Part shown: positions 1 through 12,045 of the stretch, in pieces | Layout: each line of letters opens with the position of its first letter | How positions within the stretch are numbered: position 1 is the first letter of the stretch | Source: Felis catus | Taxonomy: Eukaryota | DNA length: 64,000 bases | NCBI RefSeq assembly: GCF_018350175.1 | Contig: NC_058368.1 | Span: forward strand, 173,540,001-173,604,000 | Direction: 5' to 3' | Notes under the pieces: model-generated | Database searches by the model: none | Seen by the model: the letters and a program-made list of their open reading frames with translations, nothing else | Told to the model about the DNA's origin: nothing | Translations under genes and position numbers: made by a program

Positions 1-53
1 CTGCTGTCAGTGCAGAGCCCGCTTCAGATCCTCTCTGCCCCTCTCCTGCTCAT

Positions 54-101
<48 letters not shown>

Positions 102-145
102 CCTCCCTCCCTCCCTCCAAAAATAAATAAACATTAAAAAAATAA
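1..145 (+). mobile_element. Can-SINE (SINEC) 3' part with (CT)n tract and A-rich tail, cut by the window edge
   Basis: CTGCTGTCAGTGCAGAGCCC body, (CT)n/(CCCT)n, then an AAAATAAATAAACATTAAAA tail. Confidence 0.85.
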
Positions 146-349
146 AATGTTTATTTATTTTGAGAGAGAGAGAGAGAGAATGGGTGCAAGTGGTGGGGGT
201 AGAGAGAGAGGGAGAAAGACAATCTCAAGTAGGCTCTGCACTGTCAGTGCAGAGCCCAACACGGGGCTCAATCTCACAAACCGTGAAATCATGACCAAAG
301 CCAAAATCAAGAGTCAGATGCCTAACCAACTAAGCCGCCCAGCACCCCC
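146..349 (-). mobile_element. Can-SINE, tail-to-tail with the previous copy
   Basis: TTTATTTATTTTGAGAGAGAG ... GGGGCTCAATCTCACAAACCGTGAAATCATGACC ... GCACCCC is the reverse complement of the SINEC consensus. Confidence 0.9.
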
Positions 350-1867
350 ACTTAAGTATGAAACGTAATAAGATGATGACTGTAAAACATTTAGGCAGCC
401 AGTGAATGGTACGATACTACCACCACCATCATCATCTAGAGTATATTGGGTTATACAGTGCTTGCATGAGAATGGACATGTATCTGAGTGTTTGTATTCC
501 TGTGTGTCTGTACAAGCCTAGGTGGGTAGGGGGTCTGGATGAGTGTTTCTTAAAGGACTGAGTGAATGTGTATTGTGTGTGTGTGTGTGTCTGAAGCAGA
601 GATAAGAACTATTCAGAAAGTGGGTTTGTATGGCACTGTCTGCCATATGATCCACCCCCTTCCCCCCCCCCCCATATCACACCTTCCCCAGAGGCCATCA
701 TTTGCTGAAATTCAGCCTAGACCACGACGAGCGCTCAGGCAGAGGAACGGAGAAACTGCGGATGCTGCTGTATTGGGAATCTCACTTTCTCAAAAGCCTT
801 TAGCCTCCAGCAGATCTGGAATGGGCGTGAAAGGGGGACTGTGTCTGATGGAGTGGCTATGAACATGAGAGAGCACGAGGGGTACGTGTGTGTGCGCGCG
901 TGGAGTTGGGGGTTGGCTGCCGTCTCTGCTCTGGTACAGGCTGCTTGTCTCCATGGCGCCTGTTGCCACACACGCTTGCTTTTCAGAAAGTCACTGGGAT
1001 TGTTTATTCCGCCCCCAGCCTGGGCGCCAGCCAAGGAGCTGCAGGCACTTGTTTATCTTCTGGTGCGTACGAGCGAGCGTGTGTGGCTTCCCAGCAGCAA
1101 ACCAACCCGAGGTACGTGCGCACACACACTCACACGGGTGTGGTGACCATGTTAGTTTTTACAGGATGAGCCCAAACCCCAGGATGAGTCATAACCCAGG
1201 CCCAGGCAGATTCACTCCACATAGGGACGAAGATGACCCCTCAGCAGCTCTAGGTAGACAACACACCAGTTTAGCAACCCCCAAAGCTCCAGGCAAATGT
1301 GAGAGTCAGTTGCTCTGGCTGTGGTCCTGTGCTCTGGCCCCAACCCCGGAACTAATCATTGTGCAGTGGTTGGCCAGGCCTAAGTCACTGCCCACTCCTA
1401 AAGCTGGCAGTGAGGCCCGTCCTACCCCACCACATGGGCTGGAGCGGGAAGGTGGTTCCCCAAGGAAAATGGAGGTGCTGTGGTCAGAAAAGAGTGCACG
1501 GAGCTGGGCCTGCCATAACCCTCGCATCTACCATGAGTGTGTTACACTATGCTTAGTGCTTGGTGGTTTTATTTCTCCCTATATCCTCTTCAGAGGTCTG
1601 AGAGCCGAGGTACATAGGACGATGTGGAGGCTCAGACAGACTGCAGTCAAGGCTACATAGCTAGTAGCCATCAGAGTCAGGATCTGAACCCACACTGCCT
1701 ACTTCCATGCGCTTTTTGAGCTCTCACTCTGTCTTAGCAAGTGTTTTATTCTGTTGTCTGGAAATTTTCATTTTTAAGCATGTTTCTATCAATAAGTTTG
1801 CATGGAACAAAAGTGGTTGGAGAGTGTGGCAAAGGGCACAGGTGGAGAGAGGCCCTGACTGTGCCCA

Positions 1868-2325
1868 TGTAGCAGACACAGCTGGATCTCTGACCACATG
1901 CCTTCAGATGCCCTTACAATTTCTGTACCCGCCAGCTAGACTCCCAACAGGTGGTACCTGAATCTTTGTCAAAAATCTGCCCCTGGGTTTTGGAACCCAC
2001 TTTATCCACATGTACTGTGGGCCAGAAGTGCCTGGGAATTAACACACAGCTCCACGGGTGGGCCCTTCATCAATGTCTGCCAGGTGCTGGGATATAAATA
2101 CACCAGCTCCTCTGCCTTCAGCCACAGGAATTCTGAGGTGTACATTTACCCCATTTTCTAAAACTTCCTGCAGGATTAAGCTTCAGCCACCCACTGGGGT
2201 AGCTGGCTTAATAACCACCTCTTATTGGATGCCTTCCCCTCCTGGGTCACCTTTCCACTGCCCTGCTGGTGTCCCTACACCTCCCCAATAAACCACATTC
2301 CCTCAATCTTCATCTCAGGGTCTGT
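1868..2325 (+). mobile_element. Ancient solo LTR, LTR16/ERVL-like
   Basis: TGTAGCAGAC start, GGCCAGAAGTGCCTGGGAATT, GGGATATAAATACACCAGCTCC, GGATTAAGCT, CCCCAATAAACC...CTCAGGGTCTG, resembling the recalled LTR16 consensus. Confidence 0.55.
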
Positions 2326-2329
2326 GAGC

Positions 2330-3330
2330 TGCCCCAGGACTCTGGATCCCATCCTCTTCTTCCATCCTGAGCATCTGGGCCCAGTCATTATGCTCTCCCT
2401 TCCTGGCATCTTTCCTTTCCCTCACTACTGGCCTCTCTCATCAGAATTCAAATGCCTCCAAATCTCCTCAACTTAACCTCCTATCCCACTCTAGAGATTA
2501 TGATATTGCCTGTCTCCCTTCAAGCCCAAATTTGCTGAGAGAGTCATCTCCTTGCTCTCTCTACTTCTTTACTCCAATTTACACATCAATTCCCCCACCC
2601 CAAGTCTGCCTTCCACCCCCACCACTCCACTCACTGTGCTTTCATTAAATTTCCATTACCCTCTTTGCAAGTCCAGAGATCGCCTCTCAGGCTATATCTT
2701 GTCTTCCTGATGCAGTTGACCGTACCTTCCTTCTGTAACATTCTCTTCCCTTAGCTTCTGAGACATCATTATCCTGAGTTTCTCCTGGTTTATCAGACTA
2801 CTGTTTCTCATTTTTCTTTGCAGTCTTTTCCTAGCTGGTACCTTAATGTTGGCATTCCTCAGGGTGGATGTGGGGCCCTTGTCTCACCTTATTTGGCCTA
2901 TACCCTTCCTTCACATACTGACACCCCTCTTGTGACTTCCGTCACCAGAAACCTGGTCTGTTTCCAGCCTGGACTACTCCAGATCTCAGGTTTGGATTCC
3001 GATGTCTCAGCATGGCCACCCCACATTCTTTCCCAGGGCTCATCGGGTATCTGTCCTCCATCCAGTCATCTCTGCAAGGCAGAACTTCAGAGAAGCAGCA
3101 GAATCCTCTCTCCCTTCACAGCCACAACCATCCATGACCAAGGCCTGTTGGCTTTACCCCTAAATAGGTATCAAACGTGTCCCCTCATCCATCCCAACAA
3201 GCAGTGCCATGGTTCAGGCATCATCATCTCTCACGTGGACAACTTCACGGCTTCCTCACTCATGCCCTGGTTCTACTCCTATCCACCCTCACCCTGCCCC
3301 AGGGGGACTTTTTAGGTCACAGGTTGGTTT
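2330..3330. mobile_element. Degraded L2 LINE fragment(s)
   Basis: Pyrimidine-rich stretch with L2-type motifs (TTCCACCCCCACCACTCCAC, AATGTTGGCATTCCTCAGGG, CATCATCTCTCACGTGGAC). Confidence 0.5.
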
Positions 3331-3541
3331 TTGCCACTTTTCGTGTTTTAAAAACCTCCCCAAGACTCGATGTCTTCATCCGTATCATGGGGCTGGTAAT
3401 GTTTACCTGGAAGGATTGTAAAGGGAATAAAATGAAACGATGGATGTAGAATAGGGTTTGTAAACTGTGAAGCGAAGTGCTTTTGTGGGCATGAATGAGC
3501 AATTTTCAGGGCCTGAAACGTTAGGAAGCAGCCCTTGTGTG

Positions 3542-3562
3542 GTTGTTGTCCGTGGTGCTGAA
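3542..3562 (-). promoter_or_regulatory. RE1/NRSE (REST binding site) upstream of GPRIN1
   Basis: Reverse complement TTCAGCACCACGGACAACAAC against consensus TTCAGCACCACGGACAGCGCC; the first 16 nt are identical. Confidence 0.85.
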
Positions 3563-4859
3563 CACTGGTCCTGTACCCTGAGGTTTTCTGCTTCTCCGGG
3601 ATGTTGGCGGAAAACGCCGGTTGGATAGACCTTCTTCTTTTAGCATCTGGATTTTAAAAATGATTTTTAAAAAGATAGCGGTGATTTACGGTTCACTAGG
3701 TAAGCGGGAGGAATAGAAACTAGGGGGTTTAGTGTGAGGTTTCAGGAGTTAGCTCCGCCATTAACTAGGTGTGTGAACCCAGACAATTAACCCATCACTA
3801 TCTCAGGTTTCTTATCTGAAAAATGGGAATATAATATATAAATATTGTTCCTAAGTGATTGGAAATTGAAATTATATGACACCTGTAACAAAAACTTAGA
3901 ATGGTGTCTACTCGTAAATAAGCGTTACATTAACGTTAGTTGTTACCATTTTTAATAGGGGGTTTCAAGGTGCAGGTGAGAAGGTTTTATCACCTCTCGG
4001 CAATTACAGAATTATTTGTTCTCCTCTGGGAAGTCAAAGAGGAGGGGACTATCTCCTCTTTCTGAGGAGAAACGTCAAGAAGGCCTCATGTCCTTGGCAA
4101 TTCATATTCATCTGGAAGCCCCTGAACAGCTACTTCAGGTTCCTTCATCTTTCCAAGACTACTGTGAGATGATTAATGTTGGTCCCATTTTCTAGATTGG
4201 GAAACTGAGGCTCAAAAAGGTGAAACAACTTGCTCAAGGGTACCCAGAGGGAAGAGAACCGAGCTTGCACAGACCAGAGAGTAGGCGGGCACTCTGGCTG
4301 GGGAGGCCCGTAGCGAGGGAATCGAAGGCGCCTCCCTCCGACCCTACTCGTGTCGCCTCAACTCGTGGGAGCGTGGGCGGCGGCGAGACAAAGGGGCAGG
4401 GGCGGGGCGCGGTGCGGGGAGAGACGGCCGGAAGTGCGGCCAAGGCGGAGGCGGGAAATTTCCGCGCAGGTGGATTTCGGAGATCGCGCCGACCTGGGTC
4501 CCTTTCCAGGCGCTGCGTGTCTTTGGACAAATGGCTTTCCCTCTCTGAGTCCCAATTTCCTCCTCGGTAATACAAGTAGAGGGTGTTCGCGGGGCTGGAT
4601 TGAGTGAAACCTGACGAGCAGCGCGCCCCGCCCTCAATACGCGCGGCAAATGGGCAGTCGCTCCGCCCCTCAGTCTCCCTGTCTGTGAAATGGGAACCCG
4701 GTCGAGAGGGGCGGGGAACCCAGGAGCCCGGGAACCTCGGTGAGGAGCGAGGGGCTAAGGGCGCCCCTCCCTCTCTCCGGCCTCCGAGTCCTCGCCGGCA
4801 CCGCCCCCTCCCGGCTCCGGAGACCGCTAGTCGGCCAGCGCGCATGCCCGGGGCGGGGC

Positions 4860-5030
4860 GCTGGGCGGGAGCGCGGAGCCGGCGCGGGGGACGGCGGCGC
4901 GGAGTCCGCGGGTCCGCCCGCCAGCCCCGCCGGAGGCAGCCGAGGCCGCTCGGGCGGCGGCGGCAGCGGCAGCGGCAGCGGCTGGAGCTGGAGCGCAGCG
5001 CGCCAAGGAGACGAGCGGTGGCACAGCAGG
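4860..5030 (+). other. GPRIN1: GPRIN1 non-coding exon 1 (5' end approximate)
   Basis: GC-rich segment with (GGCAGC)n ending at donor AGG|GTAGGT (GT at 5031-5032); pairs with the acceptor TTTCAG at 11879. Confidence 0.7.
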
Positions 5031-5109
5031 GTAGGTGCCGAGCCCGCACCTGCTGCCCGCTATGGGCGGGCGGCAGCGACCCCATTCCTCTGCCCGCGGC
5101 CGCCCCAGA

Positions 5110-5130
5110 GCCGCTGTCCAGGGTCCTGGA
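5110..5130 (-). promoter_or_regulatory. Second RE1/NRSE in GPRIN1 intron 1
   Basis: Reverse complement TCCAGGACCCTGGACAGCGGC has both half-sites (CAG[C/G]ACC-NN-GGACAGC) at canonical spacing. Confidence 0.65.
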
Positions 5131-5616
5131 ACCACCTGGGTGGAGGGGCTCGCGCACCGTGCGAGGCGTGTGCCCAGCGTGCGCCGGTGTGTGTGTGTGC
5201 GCGCGCGGCCGGGGGCGGCGGGTGTCCATTTCCAGGCTCCTCGCAGGGGTGGGGCGGGGCGGGGGCGGGTCCCGCAGCCTGGGGCCCGGCGCTCGACGGA
5301 CCTTGAGGGCCAACCCTCCCTGTGTGTAGGACTCGGACCCTGCGCCCGGCCTCGCCGCGTGCGGCCGCATTGTTCGACAGGGTTGTGCGGGAGGGGGCGC
5401 TTCCCGCCACCGCGGGGAAGGGGGTCCGCCCGCGTTGATTCATCTGCCCCCTGGAGCGAGCTCTGTGCTCGAGTGGCTCCACTGAAACCACCGGCACTAC
5501 TGAGCACACTCGCTGTCGCACACTCAGTATGGCATACACTCTGGGGCACCATCACACACCCCATTACACACTCACCGCGTTCATACATGGGCATCCCACT
5601 CCCGGGTGAGGCCACG

Positions 5617-5619
<3 letters not shown>

Positions 5620-5665
<46 letters not shown>

Positions 5666-5672
5666 TTCTCTT

Positions 5673-5703
<31 letters not shown>

Positions 5704-5704
5704 C
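5620..5704. repeat. Compound (CT)n(CA)n microsatellite
   Basis: Directly visible. Confidence 0.95.
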
Positions 5705-8700
5705 TATGGCCCTTGGTCATTCCATCCTACACATACACACGGCCACCTGTGCACCCACCCAGTACACTAAGTGGGAGCCTTGCGTATATACCCAGGCATA
5801 GCTACGCATTCACACCGGCCATTGCCTATCACAGAACACCCAACTCAACAATAGTCGCTTATCACACCACACTCACAGCCACCCTGCTCTGACCTGCTTC
5901 TGCCCATTCACATTTACTCATGGTATCCCTCACGTACCCCTAGACCCTGGAGTAGGCTGTGCACACACTCCCTCTCCCACACTCTCCATATCTTAGCTTG
6001 CTGCCCATCCCCTGCACTCACTCAGCCCAAGTATGTGCACCCCTGATTGTCCACTCTTGCCCTCTTGTGGATGAACGGATGGATGGTCTGGGTCCATTTC
6101 TGGAAACAGGTATGGCTGTCACCCTTTGCTAGACTCTTTCTCCCCTACGGCCCTAGGCAGGAAGCTTTGCTGCTCCAAGGATACTAGGAGACAAGGGGCG
6201 GAGAGGGTGAGGGGCAGCAGACCCAGATTGTCAGACACACACACAGCCATACACTCACACCTTCTGGAGTACTGCAAGCCTTTGTTGGTCTCATCACCAT
6301 GGGAGGAGGTGTTTGCAGGTGCCTGGCAGCCCTGGCTTCATATAGAGAAGAAGGAACGGACTGGCCAGGTCTCTGGGCTGGAAGAAGAATTCACAGGGGC
6401 TCCTCTGCCCAAGCACCTGTGCCTACAGCCAGGCCAGGTCTCCATGAGTGAGACCCTGAGGCCATGTGGCCACACATGTGTACACCCACAGGGTCCAAGT
6501 GGCCCCCACAAGACATAAAGACATAGGCCATTCTGCACATACAAGTTGCATGTATACACACGCAAGCTTTTCTTGAGCAGAATGCAGGAGCCAGGTCCTG
6601 CCTCTCCAGGCTGGCTTAAGCTGGCACAGACATCCATAAGCAGTCTGCATGCTCCTCTGCATGCGAGGTGAGCTGGCCCACACACCTAGGGGATCATTTC
6701 AATCTTCTACCTCAGTCAGGCCACATAAGTGTGCAGGCTTATCTGCTCATCTTGGTGGGCGTGTATCTGTTGGGACATGCTTCCTCACGTCCAAGGGATC
6801 AGGAGGACCCTTGGCCTGACCCCAAAAAGCAGAAAGGGGCTTTAAGAGCCAAGCGTCAGTGTCCAAAATCTTAGCTGATACAAGCAGGAAGAACCCAAGA
6901 TTTGGGTTGAGACACAACAGGCTCTGAACCACAGCCCCCCGGCACCAGCTGTGTGCCCTTGGTCAAGTCTTTTTTTCCCTTTGACTTCAGTGTCTTCATC
7001 TGTGAAATGGGATGATAATGCCCCCCCCACCCCACCCCCCCACCATGAGATCGTTGTGGAGTCTAGATGACAAAATAAGCCTGAGAGTGCTGGGCCCAGG
7101 ACTGAGCACACAGTGGGGAAAGTGATGGAGCTGGGTTCCAGTGCGAGGGTAGGGCATAAGGAGGGGGTGCCCCAGGCCTGGGCTGCCTCTTGGAGAAGTG
7201 GCTTGAGGATACTGAGGCTCCATCAAGAGCCAGGAAGCACCCAGTAGAACTGTGAGCAGCAGAGCCTCTGAGAATGGTGTCTTGGCAGATCTTAAACCCA
7301 GGGCTGGGCCAGCGATTCTAGATATAACTACATCCCTTCCCCCATTTCACAGACTGAGGCCCAGACTGGAAATATTCACTCAAATTCATGGAGCAAGTCA
7401 GTGACCAAACTGGCACCTGACGCCACATCTTTCTAATGCCCTGACCAGGCTCTTTGTCCCTACCCCAGACCTTCTAGCATGTCAGAAAACAGCAAGCTGG
7501 GAACTGAGAAGCCAAACTCTTCCGGGGGGGGGGGGGGGTTGCGGGTGGCGCTTTCAGAAGAGGCGTGTTACCCTCTGGGCCATGCCTGCCTCTCAGTGTC
7601 CACTTCTGGAAAATAAGAACACAGCACCTGCCTGGAAGGTGTATGGGGCCTGCACATAGTAAACATACTATAGGCTTGATGTGTGTGAGGTCATCTCCCA
7701 CCCTTCTCAGCATCTAGGTCAAGTGTCAAAATTCAGGTGGCTAGAGGCCAAGGGGATAGCCTACATGAGAAGCTGGCTACAAGAAAAACCTTCAATGATC
7801 GATAGTAACGGGCAGCCAGCCTCAGTGCCCAGGACCCCATAGGGAGGGGTGGAGATTGTGGCTTGTTGGAGAGTGCACCCCCATCCAAGAAGGCAGCCAC
7901 TGCTTGGCTCCAGCTGACTGTTGGCATGCAGGAAGCATGCTCAGATTGCCAAATTCTAGTTTTCTAAGAGAATCTGGAAATCTGATTTTGCACATGAAAT
8001 CTTACAATTTTTAAATGTCGATCAGTTAATTCCTTTAAAAATTTCTTCTTAGCACTCTGGGACAAACAAGCAGGTCTGAAGGTGAGATTTTGCCAGTTTG
8101 TGCCCCTGCTGTAGCTACCTCCCCCCCCCCCCCGCCCCATCCCCTGCCCCCTCCTGGGAGCACAGCTGGGCTCTGACAGGCTGAGTAGATAAAAACAGGC
8201 CTTCCGTGTACACAGCCCAGCCCCAAAGTGAGCAGAGCCCCGCACACCCCTCATCTTCTCTAATCCTCACAACAGCCCTGTGGGAGCAGGGGAGGCCTTG
8301 TCAGGGTCCCCAGTGAGGAGAAGGGACATGCCTGTGCTCATAGAGTTGCTAAGTAGGGAACTGCTTCCTCCTGCTCCCCTTCCGACTTCACTCCATTCAC
8401 TCCAGCCGCTCCGGACTTTGTATGGCTACTTCAGATGCTGCCCCCAAACCAAGTGCCCCACTGTTGTCTACAAGATGGCCCCTACCCCAGGGTCCCCATT
8501 TTGGTGATGACCCTCATCCACCCAAGTCCCATAAGCCCAAAGTCTGGGGGACACAGTGGTGAATGGTCTCAGCTGCGTCCCCATTCAGGGACTCGAGGTC
8601 TAAGCAGGGACCTAGAGGTATAAACGGCACATAACGTGTGTCTGGCTAGGGGAAGAAGAAGAGGCCATAGGAACTCCAAGGAAGCTAGTGGACAAAGAAA

Positions 8701-9043
8701 GCTCACTGGAGGAGGAGGTGTTTGAACGGGGGCCTGAAGGTTTAATGAGAGCCAGGCAAGAAGGTGTGCAGAAGCTGAGATGCGAGGACTGTGAAGCCAT
8801 GGATAAGCCCAGAGAGGTCGTGGTGCATGTGTGTGTGTTTGTACGCACTGTGGGGAAGTGCATACTGAAAGATAAAGCTTAGTGGGTTAGTAACTACACA
8901 GGGGCTTGGAAGCACATTATAGAATTGGACTCAACCCTAAAAGTAATAGGGAGTCACTAAGGTTTCTTTTTTTCCCCCATTTTTAAAAAGAGTGATATGT
9001 GCACACATAACCAAAATTTCATGAATCACAAAGGGGCATAGCA

Positions 9044-9213
9044 AAGGAAGGAAGGAAGGAAGGAAGAAAGGAAGGAAGGAAGGAAGGAAGGAAGGAAGGA
9101 AGGGAAAGGAAGAAAGAAACAGGAAGAAAGAAAGAGGAAGAAAGAAAGAAAGAGAAAGAAAGAAAAAGGAAAGAAGGAAAGAAAGAAGGAAAGAAAGAAA
9201 GAAAAGAAAAAAA
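9044..9213. repeat. (GGAA)n/(GAAA)n polypurine simple repeat
   Basis: About 170 bp almost purely purine tract. Confidence 0.95.
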
Positions 9214-9729
9214 GAGTCTCTTCCACCTCTGGATCCCTGGTCTCACTTCCCAGAGGCAATTGCTACTAAATTTCATGGGTTTCCTTCCAGAAATTTTCTT
9301 TTTATAAATAAACCCATATATGTGTATCTGACCCTTTTTGTATCTGCATGCAGGGGGTCCCACTAGCCAGGCTGTCCCTGGATTTTTTCACTTAATTTAT
9401 CTTGGGCATCCTTCCTCATCACTCCGTACACTCTGACAGCTGTGGGGGCTCCGTGTGGCTGTCTCACATTTCATGAATTAGCTTCTTGGTTTTCTTCTCG
9501 TCACCAACCATGTTCTCTTGCACCCTCGGTGCACCACCGATCCTTCCTCATGACCATGCCTGGAGGTGGGCTTGCTGACCTAAATGCCAAGTGCACTGTA
9601 AACTTTGATGGGAATTGACAAATATCTTTCCAAAAAGATTACAACCAGTTTACTTTCCCAGCAAGAACAAAGACGGGTTGGAGCCAATGAGCGGCATAGG
9701 TGGACCAACATATTAGAAAGATCTTTCAG

Positions 9730-10740
9730 TCCTTCGTTTAACAAATATTCATAGGGAGCTACTTGCTTACCCTATGCCAATCATTGTTCTCAACCCTGAG
9801 CTTATATCCATAAACATGACAACGTTCCCATCCTCCTGGAGCTGACATTCTAATGGGAGAGACAAACCACAAGTAATAAACAACTGTATGTAATATGTCA
9901 GATGGTGACAGGTACTATGAAGAAAACTGAGCAAGACAAGGGCGATGGAGAGTGCCACGGTGCTGGGGACTATGGGCCAGGGAAGGTCCCAGGAAGGCGA
10001 CCATGAAGATATTGGGAGAGAAGCCCTTCCAGGCAGAGGAAACAGCCAGTGCAAAAGCCCCAAGGCAGCGGGTGTCCAACGATCAGCAAGGCAGCCGGTG
10101 TGGCTGAAGCAGCATAATTGAAAGTAGTAGGGGGGCGTCTGGGTGGCTCAGTCGGTTGAGCATCCAACTCTTCATTTTGGCTCAGGTCATGATCTCACGG
10201 TTTCGTGAGTTTGGGCCCCACGCCGGGGTCTGTGCTGGCAGCTCGAAGCTTGCTTGGAATTCTCTTTCTCTCTTCTTCTTCTTTCTCTGCCCCGCCCTCA
10301 CTCATGCTGGCTCTGTCCTCTCAAAATAAATAAAAATTTTTTAAAATTAAGGAACAAAAAAGTAGTAGGAGACAAGGCCACGATCAGTGATGGGGCCAGA
10401 AGATGCAGGGACACGTAAGGAGTTTACTTTTACTTCACACAGGATGGGGAGACACTACCTGGTTCTGAGCAGAAGAGGGATGATCTGCCTTGGATCTTGC
10501 TAAGATCCCTCCAGCTGCTGTGTTGAGAATGAACTGTTCGGAGCAGAGGAAAAAGCCAGGATAATCCAGGTGGGAGATAGTGTGAGTTTAGCCCAGGAGA
10601 TATTCTGGATATATTCTGAAGGGAGGTCCATTATGTTTTGCTGATGGATGGGATGTGGGGTGTGTGAGAAAAGTCAAGGGTGACTCTAGGGCTTTTGACC
10701 CGAGCATTAGTGAGGTGGCTTTGGGAAAGATGTCAGGCAG
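9730..10740. mobile_element. L2 LINE 3' fragment interrupted by a Can-SINE
   Basis: L2-type motifs (TTAACAAATATT, GGAGCTGACATTCTA, TTCCAGGCAGAGGAAACAGCCAGTGCAAAAGCCC, AAGTCAAGGGTGACTC). Confidence 0.7.
10131..10357 (+). mobile_element. Can-SINE with target-site duplication
   Basis: GGGGCGTCTGGGTGGCTCAGTCGGTTGAGC head; TSD AAAGTAGTAGG on both sides. Confidence 0.9.
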
Positions 10741-12045
10741 AGCAGGCTTGGGGGGAACCCAGTGCCCTGCTCACTCTGGCTGCTGATATGTAGTGGGATG
10801 GAGTTGCTCACAGATCCAGCTGCCTGCCAGATCCTCTCCCTGGATGTCCCCCAGACACCACACGCTCAGCTTGTCTAAAACACAACTCTGTTTTCCCCCA
10901 GATCTCCTGCCTCACACACACACACCCCCACCCTGGCCAGAATCCTGAGGGTCGCCCCTACTGTCACCTCCTACAGCTGGCTGGCTCTTGTCAGTTTTCC
11001 CCAAGATTGCTCAAGTCTGCCAACTCTCTATCCCTCGGACCTTTACCGTACCAGCTCTCATCTAGATTATTGCAGAGAAGGGCTGGGTGGAACGAACGAA
11101 GAATTGGAAGGATGAGAGATTAAAGAATGATTGGCTAACCCCTCTCCTCCAGCCTCCACCCCAGAGCAGCAGTCTTTGAAAGCACACATTTCAGACTATG
11201 TCCCTCAACGATAAACCATTCACGTCTCCCCAGGGCCTACACAGACCCAAACTGGTGGGCTACAGACGTGTTTTGTTTGACCCACATAGTGTTGTTTTTC
11301 TTTTTTAACCTTGAATTAGGGTATTTTACATTAAACTTCTGGATTTCCTGCTCCTCACTGATACTACCAGGATGTACTTCTCCAAAGCAGTCCTTGGCTG
11401 GTGGAGTAGTGGCCCCCACTTCAGACAGGGCATGCACTCTCTGGTTTGTCCCTTTCCCCACCATTTCCTATTGTTTTCTATCCAGCCTGCTCCCCTCACT
11501 TAAATTACCTGCCTGGCCCCTATGGCATCAGAGTTTGTGACTCATGGTCTGGAAGACAAAAGCGTAACTTCTAGGTAGCATGCTGCACGGGGTGGGCTGA
11601 CGAGGTAGATGAAGGGTGCATGCTGCATGGGTGATGGTACATAAGCTGAAAAGTTAGTTGCGAAGGGCCTTGAATGCCATTTTGAGAAGTCTGACCTTTA
11701 TCCAGAGGGCCACTGGGAGCAGAGAAGCAGGGGAGTGATATGGTGGGACAGGAGTGGACCAGATGGGGGCAGAGAACCCAGAGGAGGCCCAGCTGCTAGA
11801 AGACAGGTGGGAAGGAGAATATAGAGACTCCTCCCCACTAGGTCGTCCTGAGTCTGAGTCTGTTTTCTCTGTGTTTCAGAACCAGATAGCAGCCTGGGGC
11901 ACAGGTATGGTCACGAGGGCAGTTGGGCAGTGCTGAAGACCCAGCCTGGCTCCAGCTTCTTTGAAAGAACTCCAGCCCCCCAGCACCTCAGCCCACAGCC
12001 CTCTGCTGCCCACAGGATGGGAGCCTGGGGGCTGGGAACCCAGCC

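Larger units (their letters stand above)
4280..5450 (+). promoter_or_regulatory. GPRIN1 CpG-island promoter (GC boxes, ETS, E2F/NF-kB-like sites)
   Basis: Very high GC and CpG density; GGGGCGGGGC at about 4399 and 4850; CCGGAAGTG at 4428-4436; GCGGGAAATTTCCGCGC at about 4451-4467. Confidence 0.85.

Noticed and set aside
890..1660. 256-aa plus-strand ORF
   Set aside because: Non-ATG start, no domain, runs into MIR-like sequence
4220..5892. Multiple overlapping 190-380 aa ORFs on both strands
   Set aside because: Arg/Gly/Pro/Ala-rich products of a stop-poor CpG island and microsatellites, with no recognisable domain
7523..7538. Long G/C homopolymers (also about 660, 8120, 24116, 32663, 48396, 59361)
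   Set aside because: Possible G-quadruplexes, but homopolymer lengths are error-prone and nothing else supports function
10131..10215. tRNA-like A and B boxes at SINE heads
   Set aside because: tRNA-derived SINE promoters without a full cloverleaf, so not tRNA genes
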